DNA from: an uncultured Candidatus Saccharibacteria bacterium
GTDB taxonomy: Bacteria > Patescibacteriota > Minisyncoccia > Phycocordibacterales > UBA918
Assembly (NCBI GenBank): GCA_964350735.1
Contig: CAYGKO010000004.1
Location: forward strand, 19,583 to 83,582
Length of the DNA: 64,000 bases
Direction of reading: 5' to 3'
The position numbers and the translations under genes were made by a program. Shown piece by piece: positions 39,634 through 49,614 of this stretch. Every line of letters begins with the position of its first letter. Positions within the stretch are counted from its first letter, which is position 1. The notes beneath the pieces are model-generated. The model was not told the origin of the DNA. It did no database searches and saw nothing but the letters and a program-made list of their open reading frames with translations.

Positions 39634-40491
39634 TTATAAATCTACTGGAATACCGGCGAAGCAGCTGATGATATTTTCTGTATTCGAGACATGGTATTGA
39701 TACGTTCCATTAACATACTGCCCACCACAATCATCGAGTTCTTCCTTAGGAGTAATTGGTCCATATATCCCAAAACCATCACGGGCAAAACCAATTTTTA
39801 CACCACCTGGCACTGCTTGATACTGCCAAGCGTCGGTATTGAGCAGGGGCAGACCATTTGTAGTTACACCAATAGTGGTATCAGGTAAACAAGAATCAAA
39901 ATTTGAACGAATAGTCCGGATTGGAAGGGTTGTATATACATCTGTCACCAAAACTGACTGGGTTGATGATCCCACTTTTTGTATGAGCTGTGTATCAAAC
40001 TGTACTGACACATCTATAGCTACTGCCAACCGTGGCTGATTAGGCCAATCATTAGTTTTTATATGAGGTATTGCATTTCCACAATATTGGACCGGAGAAA
40101 TACTGGCAACAGTACCAGTAGAGACCACAGATTCATCAAACGAAACGGTGTCTGGCGAATCTACTGAAGTAAAAACTGGTGGCGCACTAATGAGTTGCCC
40201 CTCCCCAGCTGCAATCTTTTTTTGTAAGTCAGCCAAGCGATCCGCTCTGCTATCATTTTTTGGCACTCCAGAGATTGTAATATCCTGTACTTCAGCAGCA
40301 GAAAAATCTACCTCGTCACTAACGGAAAGTGCGCCCTGATCTTTTGTTTGCACTGTGTAAAAAACAACCATAATCAAAAACACTAACGCCGTTACAAACA
40401 ACAAAAAATCTCTCGTTCGTATCATATGCCCATGATACCAAAAGGCTTGCAGCGATGCTGCAAGCCTTTTGGTATAACCGTACGTACTCAT
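39634..40491 (-). CDS. Membrane-anchored YHYH-motif domain protein
   Basis: 285 aa with an N-terminal TM. The C-terminal DDCGGQYVNGTYQYHVS resembles the D.CGG...Y.YH signature of the YHYH family. It sits directly downstream of the QEGLA gene on the same strand. Confidence 0.4.
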   Translation of the reverse strand: MSTYGYTKRLAASLQAFWYHGHMIRTRDFLLFVTALVFLIMVVFYTVQTKDQGALSVSDEVDFSAAEVQDITISGVPKNDSRADRLADLQKKIAAGEGQLISAPPVFTSVDSPDTVSFDESVVSTGTVASISPVQYCGNAIPHIKTNDWPNQPRLAVAIDVSVQFDTQLIQKVGSSTQSVLVTDVYTTLPIRTIRSNFDSCLPDTTIGVTTNGLPLLNTDAWQYQAVPGGVKIGFARDGFGIYGPITPKEELDDCGGQYVNGTYQYHVSNTENIISCFAGIPVDL

Positions 40492-40500
40492 TCACCTTAC

Positions 40501-41778
40501 TCAAACAATCAGCTCTCGTAATAACTCCTGCTGTAGCTGATTGGTTGGATCATATTTGCCCAGCAATACAGATTCGAACAACTCAGGGCGCTCAGCCATG
40601 GCTGCCCACATACGTAAATTACCTTCGAGATATAACTTATCTTTTAAGAAGCAGAGTCCTGGCAATGCAGGATTACCGCCACGGAAGATTCGTACACATA
40701 AGCGCCACACATACTCTGTTGCTACAATATCAACATCATCTCGATTATGGCGACTGAAGCGATCGATGTAATACGGCTCCAAAAATGCAAAGGTCTCCTG
40801 GAAATCACGAGACTTCCCATCGAACAATCCTGTTGCTACCCCCAAGGCAAAGTATTTATCCCGGCCTGAAAATCGAAACTCACCAGCAACCAGTTGACTA
40901 CTCATAATGGCCAAACCTTCCTCTGCCGCCTGATACCCCGCCAACCCAATCGCCAAGAGCTGGAGAGGGCTTTTAAAGCCATTTTCGTACCGTCTAACGT
41001 GCACGCCAACCTCATGTGCATAGAGTTGATGTATTTTATCTGCGGAATATCGAGCTTTCTTGGGGATGAGGATTACCTGGCTTTTGTTCCGCACGTTGAT
41101 AGTATTTGTACGAGTACTCACCTTGCAGCGCCATTTTGGTGCAACTTTTTGTAGATTTTCGTTCCAAATTTCGACAACCTGATCCGCTGTATATGTGTCA
41201 TGACTCTGTTCCGTCAAGAACTGCAGCGGCTCCAGATACTTTTCTGCACTACTAATGGTGTCTGCTGTTGGCACAACAAACACATCACTATGTGAAGAAG
41301 GGTGTCTCTGAACACGTATTTGCAAATCTTTAATATACGGTGAGTGCCCGGCCATGTCAGATAAAACTGCATCAAAAATAGTCTTATCTAAAGACCCATA
41401 AAGCTTTTCTGTATACATACTGAACTGCGAATAATCCGCGGTTGCGGTTGCTGAGAGCATATCAAGGGAAAGTAGTAGTTCATCAACCTTTTGAAGATAG
41501 AGCGTTGATATTGACTTTTGGGCCTCTTCTTGTAGTATTTTACTTCGCAGGCTCAAAAGCTTGCCTTTCGCAACCGCATTCGCATTTTCATCTAGAAATA
41601 GATACTCGAATTGCGGATTAATTTTTTTACCTGAAGCCACAAAGGTATTAAAACAACTACGCATATTTACCGGCTTGATAGCATACGACCGCACTGCAGT
41701 TGGCAGAGAGAAAGAACGTAACGCCGTGAACCACTGCGCATCATTTTTCCTTAATTCTGGTTCAATCAATTTCATCAT
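40501..41778 (-). CDS. QEGLA-motif protein (DUF1704; MATCAP-like putative metallopeptidase)
   Basis: 425 aa. It has YQAAEEGLAIM (the QEGLA motif) and an HExxxH-like HEVGVH. Its length and C-terminal region match the flavohemoglobin expression-modulating QEGLA family, which is typically encoded next to RimK-like ATP-grasp ligases. Confidence 0.75.
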   Translation of the reverse strand: MMKLIEPELRKNDAQWFTALRSFSLPTAVRSYAIKPVNMRSCFNTFVASGKKINPQFEYLFLDENANAVAKGKLLSLRSKILQEEAQKSISTLYLQKVDELLLSLDMLSATATADYSQFSMYTEKLYGSLDKTIFDAVLSDMAGHSPYIKDLQIRVQRHPSSHSDVFVVPTADTISSAEKYLEPLQFLTEQSHDTYTADQVVEIWNENLQKVAPKWRCKVSTRTNTINVRNKSQVILIPKKARYSADKIHQLYAHEVGVHVRRYENGFKSPLQLLAIGLAGYQAAEEGLAIMSSQLVAGEFRFSGRDKYFALGVATGLFDGKSRDFQETFAFLEPYYIDRFSRHNRDDVDIVATEYVWRLCVRIFRGGNPALPGLCFLKDKLYLEGNLRMWAAMAERPELFESVLLGKYDPTNQLQQELLRELIV

Positions 41779-41795
41779 TATAATGACTATAAGTT

Positions 41796-42776
41796 ATGGC
41801 AGCTAAAGTTACAAATCTACAAATACTCAAACGGGCCGCAAAAAAGTTCGGATACAGCTACGGTCTCATTGATACCCCTTATTCAGAGGCTATTTATGTT
41901 ACTGATGGTGAGCGCCATTTTATCTCTCGTTCCAAAACAAAATATGGGATGTACCCAACTAACTATAAGTTCGGTGAGCACCTAGTCGATGACAAGGCAG
42001 TGACCAAACGAGTTCTAAAAAAATTTGGCTTTCGGGTTATTAAAGGCAAGGCTTTTCATATTGCCCCTCCCTACAAGCAGGCCATTACGATCAAACAAGC
42101 TGATCGGGTTCCAGCGGCGTATAAGTACGCAAAAAACATCACGTACCCTGTGTTTGTAAAACCAAACTCTGGGTCCCGCGGACTGCACGCAAGACTTATT
42201 TTCAATGAAAGTGCTTTCAAAAAACATGTTGCTACCATGAAAGCTGACAAGGTTAAATCATTTATCGTTGAGAAGTTCACTCAGAGACCAGAGTACCGCA
42301 TTTTTGTAGTAGGTGGTAAAGCTCAATTCATGTATCGCAAACAACGGGTTTCGATCACTGGTACCGGAACCCACACCATCGACGAACTCATTGAACTCTC
42401 TAACCATATCCCAGATGAAGAATTCCTCGGTCAACTACTACGAAATCAAAAGAAAACCCGTAATACAGTCCTCAGTTCAGACCATGAGCTTGTGCTGCAA
42501 GAAACAGCCAATATCAGTCTAGGTGCTGAAATTATTGATTACCGAGAAAAAATCCCTAAGTCTATCGACAAATGGACTAATCGACTCTACCAAACTGTTG
42601 GATTAGAAGTATTTGGCGTTGACGTATTCACTAAAGGTGAATGGGATGAACCAAATCAATATCTCATCATTGAAGTCAACTCTTCACCAGCCCTGTCTGG
42701 GATATACAACAAGGGACACCAAGAAAAGGTCTACAAGATCTGGCAAAGAATCATGACAAAATTCTTCGTTTCTTAA
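41796..42776 (+). CDS. RimK-like ATP-grasp ligase (alpha-L-glutamate ligase-related), paralog 1
   Basis: 326 aa with the ATP-grasp C-terminal signature LGVDVFTKGE...YLIIEVNSSPALSG and a central VFVKPNSGSRG. It is divergent from the QEGLA gene with only 17 bp between the ORF starts. Confidence 0.65.
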   Translation: MAAKVTNLQILKRAAKKFGYSYGLIDTPYSEAIYVTDGERHFISRSKTKYGMYPTNYKFGEHLVDDKAVTKRVLKKFGFRVIKGKAFHIAPPYKQAITIKQADRVPAAYKYAKNITYPVFVKPNSGSRGLHARLIFNESAFKKHVATMKADKVKSFIVEKFTQRPEYRIFVVGGKAQFMYRKQRVSITGTGTHTIDELIELSNHIPDEEFLGQLLRNQKKTRNTVLSSDHELVLQETANISLGAEIIDYREKIPKSIDKWTNRLYQTVGLEVFGVDVFTKGEWDEPNQYLIIEVNSSPALSGIYNKGHQEKVYKIWQRIMTKFFVS

Positions 42777-42989
42777 GACCTCAACGCAGCTAAACACTCC
42801 ATCAAGAAATCATAACTGTACAATACCTGCATTCAGCATGCAGGTGTCTCATCCGCTTTTATACATAATGTCATAATACAGAGCTTGGAATAGCCACCTC
42901 GTGGTATGCTCTACAAGCATAGATGCTCGTTATTTTTAGATTTCTGGCACCAGAAGATTACTAATCCCCCACCTAAAACCAAATTAACC

Positions 42990-43943
42990 ATGGCTCGCGT
43001 CTTACACATTGAACTACTACTCAAAGCTGCCCGGAAGATGAAACTGACTGCCATGGACGTCTCGGATGCCGGCGATAAGTCAAAGCTATTTATTAGCAAT
43101 GAATCTCTCTGCTATGTTGCTCATGATGACTATTTATATCCTGATGTCTCGATGTGGCAACGTCGCCTAATGGCAAACAAAATACTGACCCAACAAGTAC
43201 TGACCAAGTTAAAATACAAAACAATTAAGTCGTTTGATTTCAGCCCTCGAGACTACGACACTGCATCTGCTTTAGTAAAAGCGGTGAAGAAGTGCCCTGT
43301 AAAGTACCCTGCTATCACTAAGATAAACAGTGGTACGTACGGCTTAGGTATTGTTTTTCTTTCTAATGAAAAAGAACTAATTAAAAGCGTAACTGAATTA
43401 CATAGTGAGAAGAAACGCTTTATGATTCAGCCTGTACACTGGCATGATGAGTATCGAATTACCTTTATCGGAGGAAAACCTATTATGGTTCATAAAAAGC
43501 GTCTACCCCAAATTACCGGGGATGGTAGGTCAACTGTAGCAAGCCTACTGGAGAAACAACCTACAGAATTAAAGGACCAAAACTTCATTGCCTGGAACCT
43601 TGCCAAGCATAAACTTACCCCAAAAAGTATACTGGATGAAAATCAATTTTTAGCTACACACATCATCAAAAAACGGACCCCTGACTACTACAAAGTTACT
43701 AACTTCCCGACAGAGGTTGTGGCTTGGGGGAAGCAACTACTGACCGATCTCTCCATTAAAACCTGCGCCATTGATTTCATGGCTCCTAAAGGCCTCGAGC
43801 ATCCCGACCAGTTCATAATCTTCGAATTGAATTCCAATCCGCACTGGACGTATGTCATTGATGAACTCAACGACCGTGACACCCCTGTAAACATCTGCCA
43901 ACATATCTTAACTTCATATTTTGGAAGAAGTACAAAACGCTAA
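42990..43943 (+). CDS. RimK-like ATP-grasp ligase, paralog 2
   Basis: It carries AIDFMAPKGLEHPDQFIIFELNSNPHW and ITKINSGTYGLG. It is about 50% identical to paralog 3. The start is taken at MARVLH by alignment with paralog 3, although the ORF opens at 42906. Confidence 0.6.
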   Translation: MARVLHIELLLKAARKMKLTAMDVSDAGDKSKLFISNESLCYVAHDDYLYPDVSMWQRRLMANKILTQQVLTKLKYKTIKSFDFSPRDYDTASALVKAVKKCPVKYPAITKINSGTYGLGIVFLSNEKELIKSVTELHSEKKRFMIQPVHWHDEYRITFIGGKPIMVHKKRLPQITGDGRSTVASLLEKQPTELKDQNFIAWNLAKHKLTPKSILDENQFLATHIIKKRTPDYYKVTNFPTEVVAWGKQLLTDLSIKTCAIDFMAPKGLEHPDQFIIFELNSNPHWTYVIDELNDRDTPVNICQHILTSYFGRSTKR

Positions 43944-43984
43944 CCGACGAGAACTTATCTATACTAACCTAATCTAAATTACCC

Positions 43985-44929
43985 ATGGCTAACATTAAGC
44001 ACGCTGGTTTCATAGTGAAAGAAGCCCGGAAAATGGGTGTAACTGTGAGTGATATTTCTAACTTGAAAGATCAGACTAAAATTCTCCTTAGTAACGGCAA
44101 AAAACGCTTCATATTAAGTGATGAACATTTATACCCTGATGTTACTGTTTGGCAGCGTCGGATGATGTGCGACAAAATGTTGACGCAAAAGATTCTCACC
44201 AAACTCAAGTATAAAACCATTCATTCTTTTGATTTTAATAGTCGTAAATACAACAGCCAGAAAGAATTTCTGACAGCCATTAAGAAATGTCACCTGTCCT
44301 ACCCTGTCATTACGAAAGTAAACAAAGGAACCTACGGACTTGGTGTCACCTTCATTGCTAACGAAGCAGAACTTCTTCATAGCGCCAAAGAACTTTTTGT
44401 CGCCCGGCAACGCTTCATGATCCAGCCGATGCTCTGGCACACAGAATATCGCGTCACTTTTATTCACGGCGCACCAATCATGGTCTACAAAAAACTACTC
44501 CCCCAGGTAGTTGGTAACGGCGCAGCTACAATGGGGGAACTGCTGTCAAAACAAGCAGACGATCAAAAAGATGCGAACTTCATCAAATGGAATCTTTCAC
44601 GCCAAAAATTGGGACTTAAGAGTGTCTTAGCAGCTGGTGAAATATTTGAAACTCATATCGTTAAGAACGTCACTCACGAATACTACAAAGACGCTAAGTT
44701 TCCAAAAGAAGTACTTGGCTGGGGACAATCACTACTCCGCGACTTATCAATCAAAACAGTTGGAGTGGACTTCATGGCCCCAGCTGGACTTGATCACTCT
44801 GAACAGTTCATCATTTTTGAACTTAATTCCAATCCACACTGGACTCACGTAATCGAGGAGCTTAATGACTATGAAACCCCACGCAAAATCAGTCGCCATA
44901 TTCTGAAGTCTTATTTTGGAGCAAAATAA
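43985..44929 (+). CDS. RimK-like ATP-grasp ligase, paralog 3
   Basis: 314 aa with VGVDFMAPAGLDHSEQFIIFELNSNPHW. It is a tandem duplicate of paralog 2. Confidence 0.65.
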   Translation: MANIKHAGFIVKEARKMGVTVSDISNLKDQTKILLSNGKKRFILSDEHLYPDVTVWQRRMMCDKMLTQKILTKLKYKTIHSFDFNSRKYNSQKEFLTAIKKCHLSYPVITKVNKGTYGLGVTFIANEAELLHSAKELFVARQRFMIQPMLWHTEYRVTFIHGAPIMVYKKLLPQVVGNGAATMGELLSKQADDQKDANFIKWNLSRQKLGLKSVLAAGEIFETHIVKNVTHEYYKDAKFPKEVLGWGQSLLRDLSIKTVGVDFMAPAGLDHSEQFIIFELNSNPHWTHVIEELNDYETPRKISRHILKSYFGAK

Positions 44930-44969
44930 CTAAACCCTCCTACTGTGCCCTATTAGGGTAATGATGAGA

Positions 44970-45638
44970 TCAGATTCCAAACTCAACCGCAGGTTCTGTT
45001 ACTACTGTTTCCTCACTTTGGATACCAAGGGCAGCTTCAATAAGACTGATCAGGTCTGCATACGAAGCAAACTGAATTCGCTCCCCATTAAGCGTGAAAG
45101 TCGGAGTACCGGTGAAACCAAGCTGTTGAGCGGTACGGAACTCTTCCATAATTTTATCGTCAATGACTGATGCATTGAGGTGCCGCTTATACAGCCCCAT
45201 ATCAAGTCCGATCTCTTCTGCGTATTGCTCAAAATACACATTCGGTGAAGCAGCGTTGCTCCACACTCGTTGATTTTCAAAAATCTTGTCGTGCATCGCA
45301 AAGAACTTCCCTTGTTGTCCCGCGGCTTCAGCCGCACGAGCTGCGGTCACCGCTGAAGGATGGATAGTAATGAGCGGGAAATGATTGTATTCAAATCGAA
45401 TCTGTTCACCGTATTGACTCAAAATGTCATCCACAACTGGTGCAGCCTGGGCACAGGCTGGGCACTGAAAGTCACTGTATTTAGCCAATACTACTGCTGC
45501 CTCTGGATTCCCCTTTACATGCTCAGAAAAAACAATTCCTTCATTTGCCTCATTGGCAGCATTATTACTATATACAAACGACCCTACTAACAACAAAACA
45601 GCAACGACACCAAAAATTTTCCACATGTGATTTTTCAT
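44970..45638 (-). CDS. DsbA-family thiol:disulfide oxidoreductase, membrane-anchored
   Basis: 222 aa with an N-terminal TM. The thioredoxin-fold active site is CPAC (KYSDFQCPACAQAAP). Confidence 0.75.
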   Translation of the reverse strand: MKNHMWKIFGVVAVLLLVGSFVYSNNAANEANEGIVFSEHVKGNPEAAVVLAKYSDFQCPACAQAAPVVDDILSQYGEQIRFEYNHFPLITIHPSAVTAARAAEAAGQQGKFFAMHDKIFENQRVWSNAASPNVYFEQYAEEIGLDMGLYKRHLNASVIDDKIMEEFRTAQQLGFTGTPTFTLNGERIQFASYADLISLIEAALGIQSEETVVTEPAVEFGI

Positions 45639-45680
45639 ATACTTAGTACTATACCAAACTAGTACGAAGCGCCCAATATT

Positions 45681-46454
45681 TTATTTCAAAGCGGCTGGAT
45701 GTTGGGCGCTCCACGCCGCCGCCAACACTGCAGCAGACACTGAGGCGTTCAATGACTCAACCCGAGGATGGATTGCGATTGAAAGCAGCTCGTCGCACTC
45801 TTCACGTGTTTTCTCTCGAATCCCTTTCCCTTCATTCCCGACTACAAAGACTGTGGGATGATCAAATTGCATATCGGCCAAAGTGACGTCTCCTTCTCCA
45901 GCCAGGCCAAAACTTTTAAAGTTATGTTCTTTGAGTTTTTGGAGCGTACGGTTGATATTGGCTACTCGCACCAATGGTACTGAAAATGCCGCTCCGGCTG
46001 AAGTCTTAATAACCGTACCGGTTACAGGACAACCACGATGCTCTGGAATCAAAACTGCTGAAAAGCCGAAGGCAGCGGCTGAGCGAATAATCGCGCCTAC
46101 ATTATGCGGATCTTGTACCTCCCCCAAAATCATCAAGGCAGTATCTGGCGAAACATCCAATTCACGCAAGAATGGGGTGAATTCTTGTAGTAACTTACTC
46201 GTGTCAATCAGTGCCATCATTCCTTGATGTACCACCCGATCGTCTGCGTACTGTGCTGCACGCTTTGGGAAACCCTTTCGATCAAACAGCTCTACATCTG
46301 GTAGTCGACGCAACTTAGCTGCTAAAGCTTCGTCTTTCAATACATTCTGCTGCACAAAAACTGTCGCCAATGCATCTGGCCGTTTTTTTATCGCTTCAAT
46401 TACGGCGTTTTTGCCGTATATCAATACTAAGTCTTCATTCATGGCGGCTAGCAT
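45681..46454 (-). CDS. SpoU/TrmH-family RNA 2'-O-methyltransferase (RlmB-like)
   Basis: 257 aa with the SPOUT motifs DPHNVGAIIRSAAAFG and VFVVGNEGKGI, and an N-terminal substrate-binding domain. Confidence 0.8.
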   Translation of the reverse strand: MLAAMNEDLVLIYGKNAVIEAIKKRPDALATVFVQQNVLKDEALAAKLRRLPDVELFDRKGFPKRAAQYADDRVVHQGMMALIDTSKLLQEFTPFLRELDVSPDTALMILGEVQDPHNVGAIIRSAAAFGFSAVLIPEHRGCPVTGTVIKTSAGAAFSVPLVRVANINRTLQKLKEHNFKSFGLAGEGDVTLADMQFDHPTVFVVGNEGKGIREKTREECDELLSIAIHPRVESLNASVSAAVLAAAWSAQHPAALK

Positions 46455-46509
46455 AGCACGCTTGCACCAATATTGCTATTAAACCGAACTCGTGGTCTAA
46501 TACTGCCTT

Positions 46510-47241
46510 ATGGCCAAACGCCCTTTCATCCGCAAACAAAAACGTAAAAAACACGGTGCGACTTTTTGGGACCACGAATATACTGAAGGGGGCCACTTAA
46601 AACTCTCTGTGAACCCTAGTGAAGACTTGGAGAAATTCACCCGCTGGCTGACTCGACAAACTGGTAACGAACTACTCAATCCCACCAATTCAGCCATCGA
46701 CGTCGGTTGCGGGAATGGGCGTAACTTAGTCTTTTTGGCCCGTGAATTCGGCATGAGTGGCATCGGCTATGACATCTCTAACGCCGCCATTAAGCAAGCG
46801 GTCCAAGTCTCGACCGAATACAATATCCAATATGAATCCCGTTCCATCGCTGGACCGCTTAAGGTTCCTGCCGAATCACAAACCCTGGTCCTTGATATGA
46901 TGACCTCTCACTTCCTGAATGAGGCTGAACGCACCATGTTACGAGCCGAAGCTTTTGCAGCATTAAAACCGGGCGGGTATTTATTTATGAAAACCTTTCT
47001 CCGTGATGGCGATATGCACACCACCCGCCTGCTCCGTGAATTCGGCACTGACGAAGAAGGTACGTATATGCACCCCGTTATGGGTATGGCCGAACATGCC
47101 TACTATGAAGCTGAGCTACTTGAATTCCTGGGCGAACAATTTGAAGTCAGAAAACTGTACCGTTCACACAAACACGTCTCACACGGTCGAGCCCGCAAGC
47201 GCCGAACTATCTCTGTCTACGCCCAAAAACCGTTGTGGTAG
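46510..47241 (+). CDS. Class I SAM-dependent methyltransferase
   Basis: 243 aa with motif I IDVGCGNGRNLVFLA. Confidence 0.6.
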   Translation: MAKRPFIRKQKRKKHGATFWDHEYTEGGHLKLSVNPSEDLEKFTRWLTRQTGNELLNPTNSAIDVGCGNGRNLVFLAREFGMSGIGYDISNAAIKQAVQVSTEYNIQYESRSIAGPLKVPAESQTLVLDMMTSHFLNEAERTMLRAEAFAALKPGGYLFMKTFLRDGDMHTTRLLREFGTDEEGTYMHPVMGMAEHAYYEAELLEFLGEQFEVRKLYRSHKHVSHGRARKRRTISVYAQKPLW

Positions 47242-47242
47242 C

Positions 47243-47656
47243 TTACATTGCTGTTTTAAACCAGTCTTCAGGAAATTCTTCAATCGTCACATCGATCTTC
47301 TCTGCTAAGAGCCGCTCTTTTACTGCTCCCCCCGACTCTTTCCACCGGGGCAAAAAGAATGCTGCTGCCAGCTTTCCAGACTCCATAATTGGTTGATGAA
47401 AGTAGTTGATAATATCATCATGGTCAAAATTTCGGCCTTGGATATATTTTTCTGAATCACCAAATTTCCACACCGTGTATCCACGCTGCTCTAATATCTC
47501 TTCTGCTGCTTCCAGGCGATCAGCATTACGCTGGTAACCAGCTTCCCCATCACAGGTAAGCGGACCACAGACACGCACTACTGGAGATTGCATCGTCGAA
47601 ATACGCTCAATCTCGAACTGGGCTAGATGTAATAAAAATTTCTGATCTTCAGTCAT
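47243..47656 (-). CDS. Hypothetical protein (DUF4406/nucleoside 2-deoxyribosyltransferase-like?)
   Basis: 137 aa. The pattern VRVCGPLT...WKESGGAVKERLLA is loosely reminiscent of DUF4406. Confidence 0.3.
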   Translation of the reverse strand: MTEDQKFLLHLAQFEIERISTMQSPVVRVCGPLTCDGEAGYQRNADRLEAAEEILEQRGYTVWKFGDSEKYIQGRNFDHDDIINYFHQPIMESGKLAAAFFLPRWKESGGAVKERLLAEKIDVTIEEFPEDWFKTAM

Positions 47657-47680
47657 TTAATCCCATGCTATCATATTTCC

Positions 47681-48055
47681 ATGAACTTCATCATCAGAAA
47701 TAGTAAGCGCCTCGGCTTTGGATTTACCGGTATTTTTTACGCATTGCGGACTGATTTTAGTTACCGCACCATGTTTTATGGTGGCGGAGCTTTTATTACT
47801 GTAGTGTGTTTTTTCTTATGGCCCCTTACCGACAGCGAATTACTGTTTATTACACTGTCCTGGGTGCTCGTTATCATCACTGAACTCCAAAATTCATCAT
47901 TTGAAGCTGCACTAGACCGCATCCATCCTGAAATGCACGACTCAATTGGTAAAAGCAAAGACATGGCGGCTGGAGCAGTACTAACCGCTAGCGCTTTTAT
48001 GTTGTTTGTACTTGGCGTAATCACCTACAGTAGACTTGAATATCTATTTTACTAG
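47681..48055 (+). CDS. dgkA: Diacylglycerol kinase / undecaprenol kinase (prokaryotic DgkA family)
   Basis: 124 aa with 3 TM helices. The conserved ELQNSSFEAALDRI...KDMAAGAVL matches the DAGK_prokar signature. Confidence 0.7.
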   Translation: MNFIIRNSKRLGFGFTGIFYALRTDFSYRTMFYGGGAFITVVCFFLWPLTDSELLFITLSWVLVIITELQNSSFEAALDRIHPEMHDSIGKSKDMAAGAVLTASAFMLFVLGVITYSRLEYLFY

Positions 48056-48090
48056 CTGTATCTAATCCAAAACTAGAAAATTACTATTAT

Positions 48091-48849
48091 TTAGTCTGCA
48101 AACTCAACTCGTTTTACCTCAACTCCCGCTTCAGTCAATTGACCGAACACCTGTACTACGGCGGTCTCGTTAAATTCATCCGGGACACATACTCGATCAG
48201 CGGCACCCGGTACTACACACGTACTGCCTTCGTCAAAAAACAACGGCGCGGTCTGTCCGAACACGTTATTTTCCTCATAGACTAAATGCCAGTATTGCGG
48301 ATCTAGTGGTGGCGGTACACTCTTGAGCAAATTTCCTTTACGCTCGAAACTAAATTCTCCCACCGGAGCTGATTCCCCGCTGGTGCAGACAATATCGGTA
48401 ATCTGCCATTGTCCATCGACTGCCACTAACGAGACTTCTGCTCGTAGTGGTGAGATTTCACCTTTAGGAATTATCAAATATTGCGCTTTCAGCTCTTCTT
48501 CAAAAATCACTTTGATTCCGATTCTATTTGGAGCAGCGAGTTGACACAAAACTGGGTCTACCTGATCCTCACTAACTTCAGTTTGACTGGCACGCAACCT
48601 GGTTGCCAAATCTAGTCCCAGATGAGGTGACGAAATTAAATCAGACTGATATGGGTCAGTCGAAGTCGATTGTACTGCTGCCAACCACGTATCATAGAAC
48701 TCCAGCACTATATCAACCCGATCTTCAGTCGGAATCGCTACATCTGTTGCCGCCTCCTCATTCTGACTAGAAGTTCCGAACAAACTCCATCCAGCTACTA
48801 CTAGTAATACCAACCCTACTAAGCCGCCAATGATGTATTTTTTATTCAT
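48091..48849 (-). CDS. Hypothetical secreted protein
   Basis: 252 aa with an N-terminal TM or signal (IIGGLVGLVLLVVAGWSLF). Confidence 0.4.
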   Translation of the reverse strand: MNKKYIIGGLVGLVLLVVAGWSLFGTSSQNEEAATDVAIPTEDRVDIVLEFYDTWLAAVQSTSTDPYQSDLISSPHLGLDLATRLRASQTEVSEDQVDPVLCQLAAPNRIGIKVIFEEELKAQYLIIPKGEISPLRAEVSLVAVDGQWQITDIVCTSGESAPVGEFSFERKGNLLKSVPPPLDPQYWHLVYEENNVFGQTAPLFFDEGSTCVVPGAADRVCVPDEFNETAVVQVFGQLTEAGVEVKRVEFAD

Positions 48850-48909
48850 AGTATTTCATTAAGTACAAATTATAACACTCACCCGATTCAGCCAGCAGTT
48901 GGGTGACTA

Positions 48910-49611
48910 TTAATTCTCTGGCAATCTATCTTCTTTTGAACCATAGAGATCAGCAATGATCGCAGCGCGTTTTTTGAAATTACGTACAGAGAACAGAAGT
49001 GCACCTAGAGTGAATAGTCCTTGCCCAACAGCGATTGGCACATGCCAAGACGCTTCCAGGCTCACTCCTGGATATAAATACAAAAAGAGTAGAGCCGCTA
49101 CATTAAAGAGAACCGTCAGTGGTATCAGCACATACAATCCCAACTTTTGCTCACGCAGTAGCACTTCGTAAAAATCAGCTCCGGCTGGAGTTGCAGCAAT
49201 TTCTACCCTCTGCTCCTTTACAATGGACAGGTCTACGAGGTACAGCAAGCCTCCGAAAATCGATATTAGTAAGAACACCCAGAACCACACCAAAGTATCC
49301 GTCACGTTTGAAAACGCCACCACCTGGAAGAACCCAATCACAAAGTATAAAAAGGTGTGCTGCAAGCGAATTGGCCAATCAATAAAACTAAGAGTGTGAC
49401 TGATCGCTTCAGACCAGAAAAACAAAGCAAATAAAAAACCAGTCAAAATATACGGCCAGTATTCCAGATACTCCAGATCTACAACTGAAGCTGCCGATAC
49501 TGCTAATGCACTAAGTGCTACCCCTTGCACCACACTCACCAAGACCAGCTCAATAGTGACAACCAACTCCCCTAATGTTCCTCGTTCGGTAAAGATTTTT
49601 GCTTTGGACAT
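48910..49611 (-). CDS. Hypothetical polytopic membrane protein
   Basis: 233 aa with about 6 TM helices. Confidence 0.4.
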   Translation of the reverse strand: MSKAKIFTERGTLGELVVTIELVLVSVVQGVALSALAVSAASVVDLEYLEYWPYILTGFLFALFFWSEAISHTLSFIDWPIRLQHTFLYFVIGFFQVVAFSNVTDTLVWFWVFLLISIFGGLLYLVDLSIVKEQRVEIAATPAGADFYEVLLREQKLGLYVLIPLTVLFNVAALLFLYLYPGVSLEASWHVPIAVGQGLFTLGALLFSVRNFKKRAAIIADLYGSKEDRLPEN

Positions 49612-49614
49612 ACT

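Noticed and set aside
41779-41795. Only 17 bp between the divergent QEGLA and ATP-grasp ORF starts
   Set aside because: This is not a plausible bidirectional promoter region on its own. At least one of the annotated start codons is probably too far upstream, so no promoter is called here.
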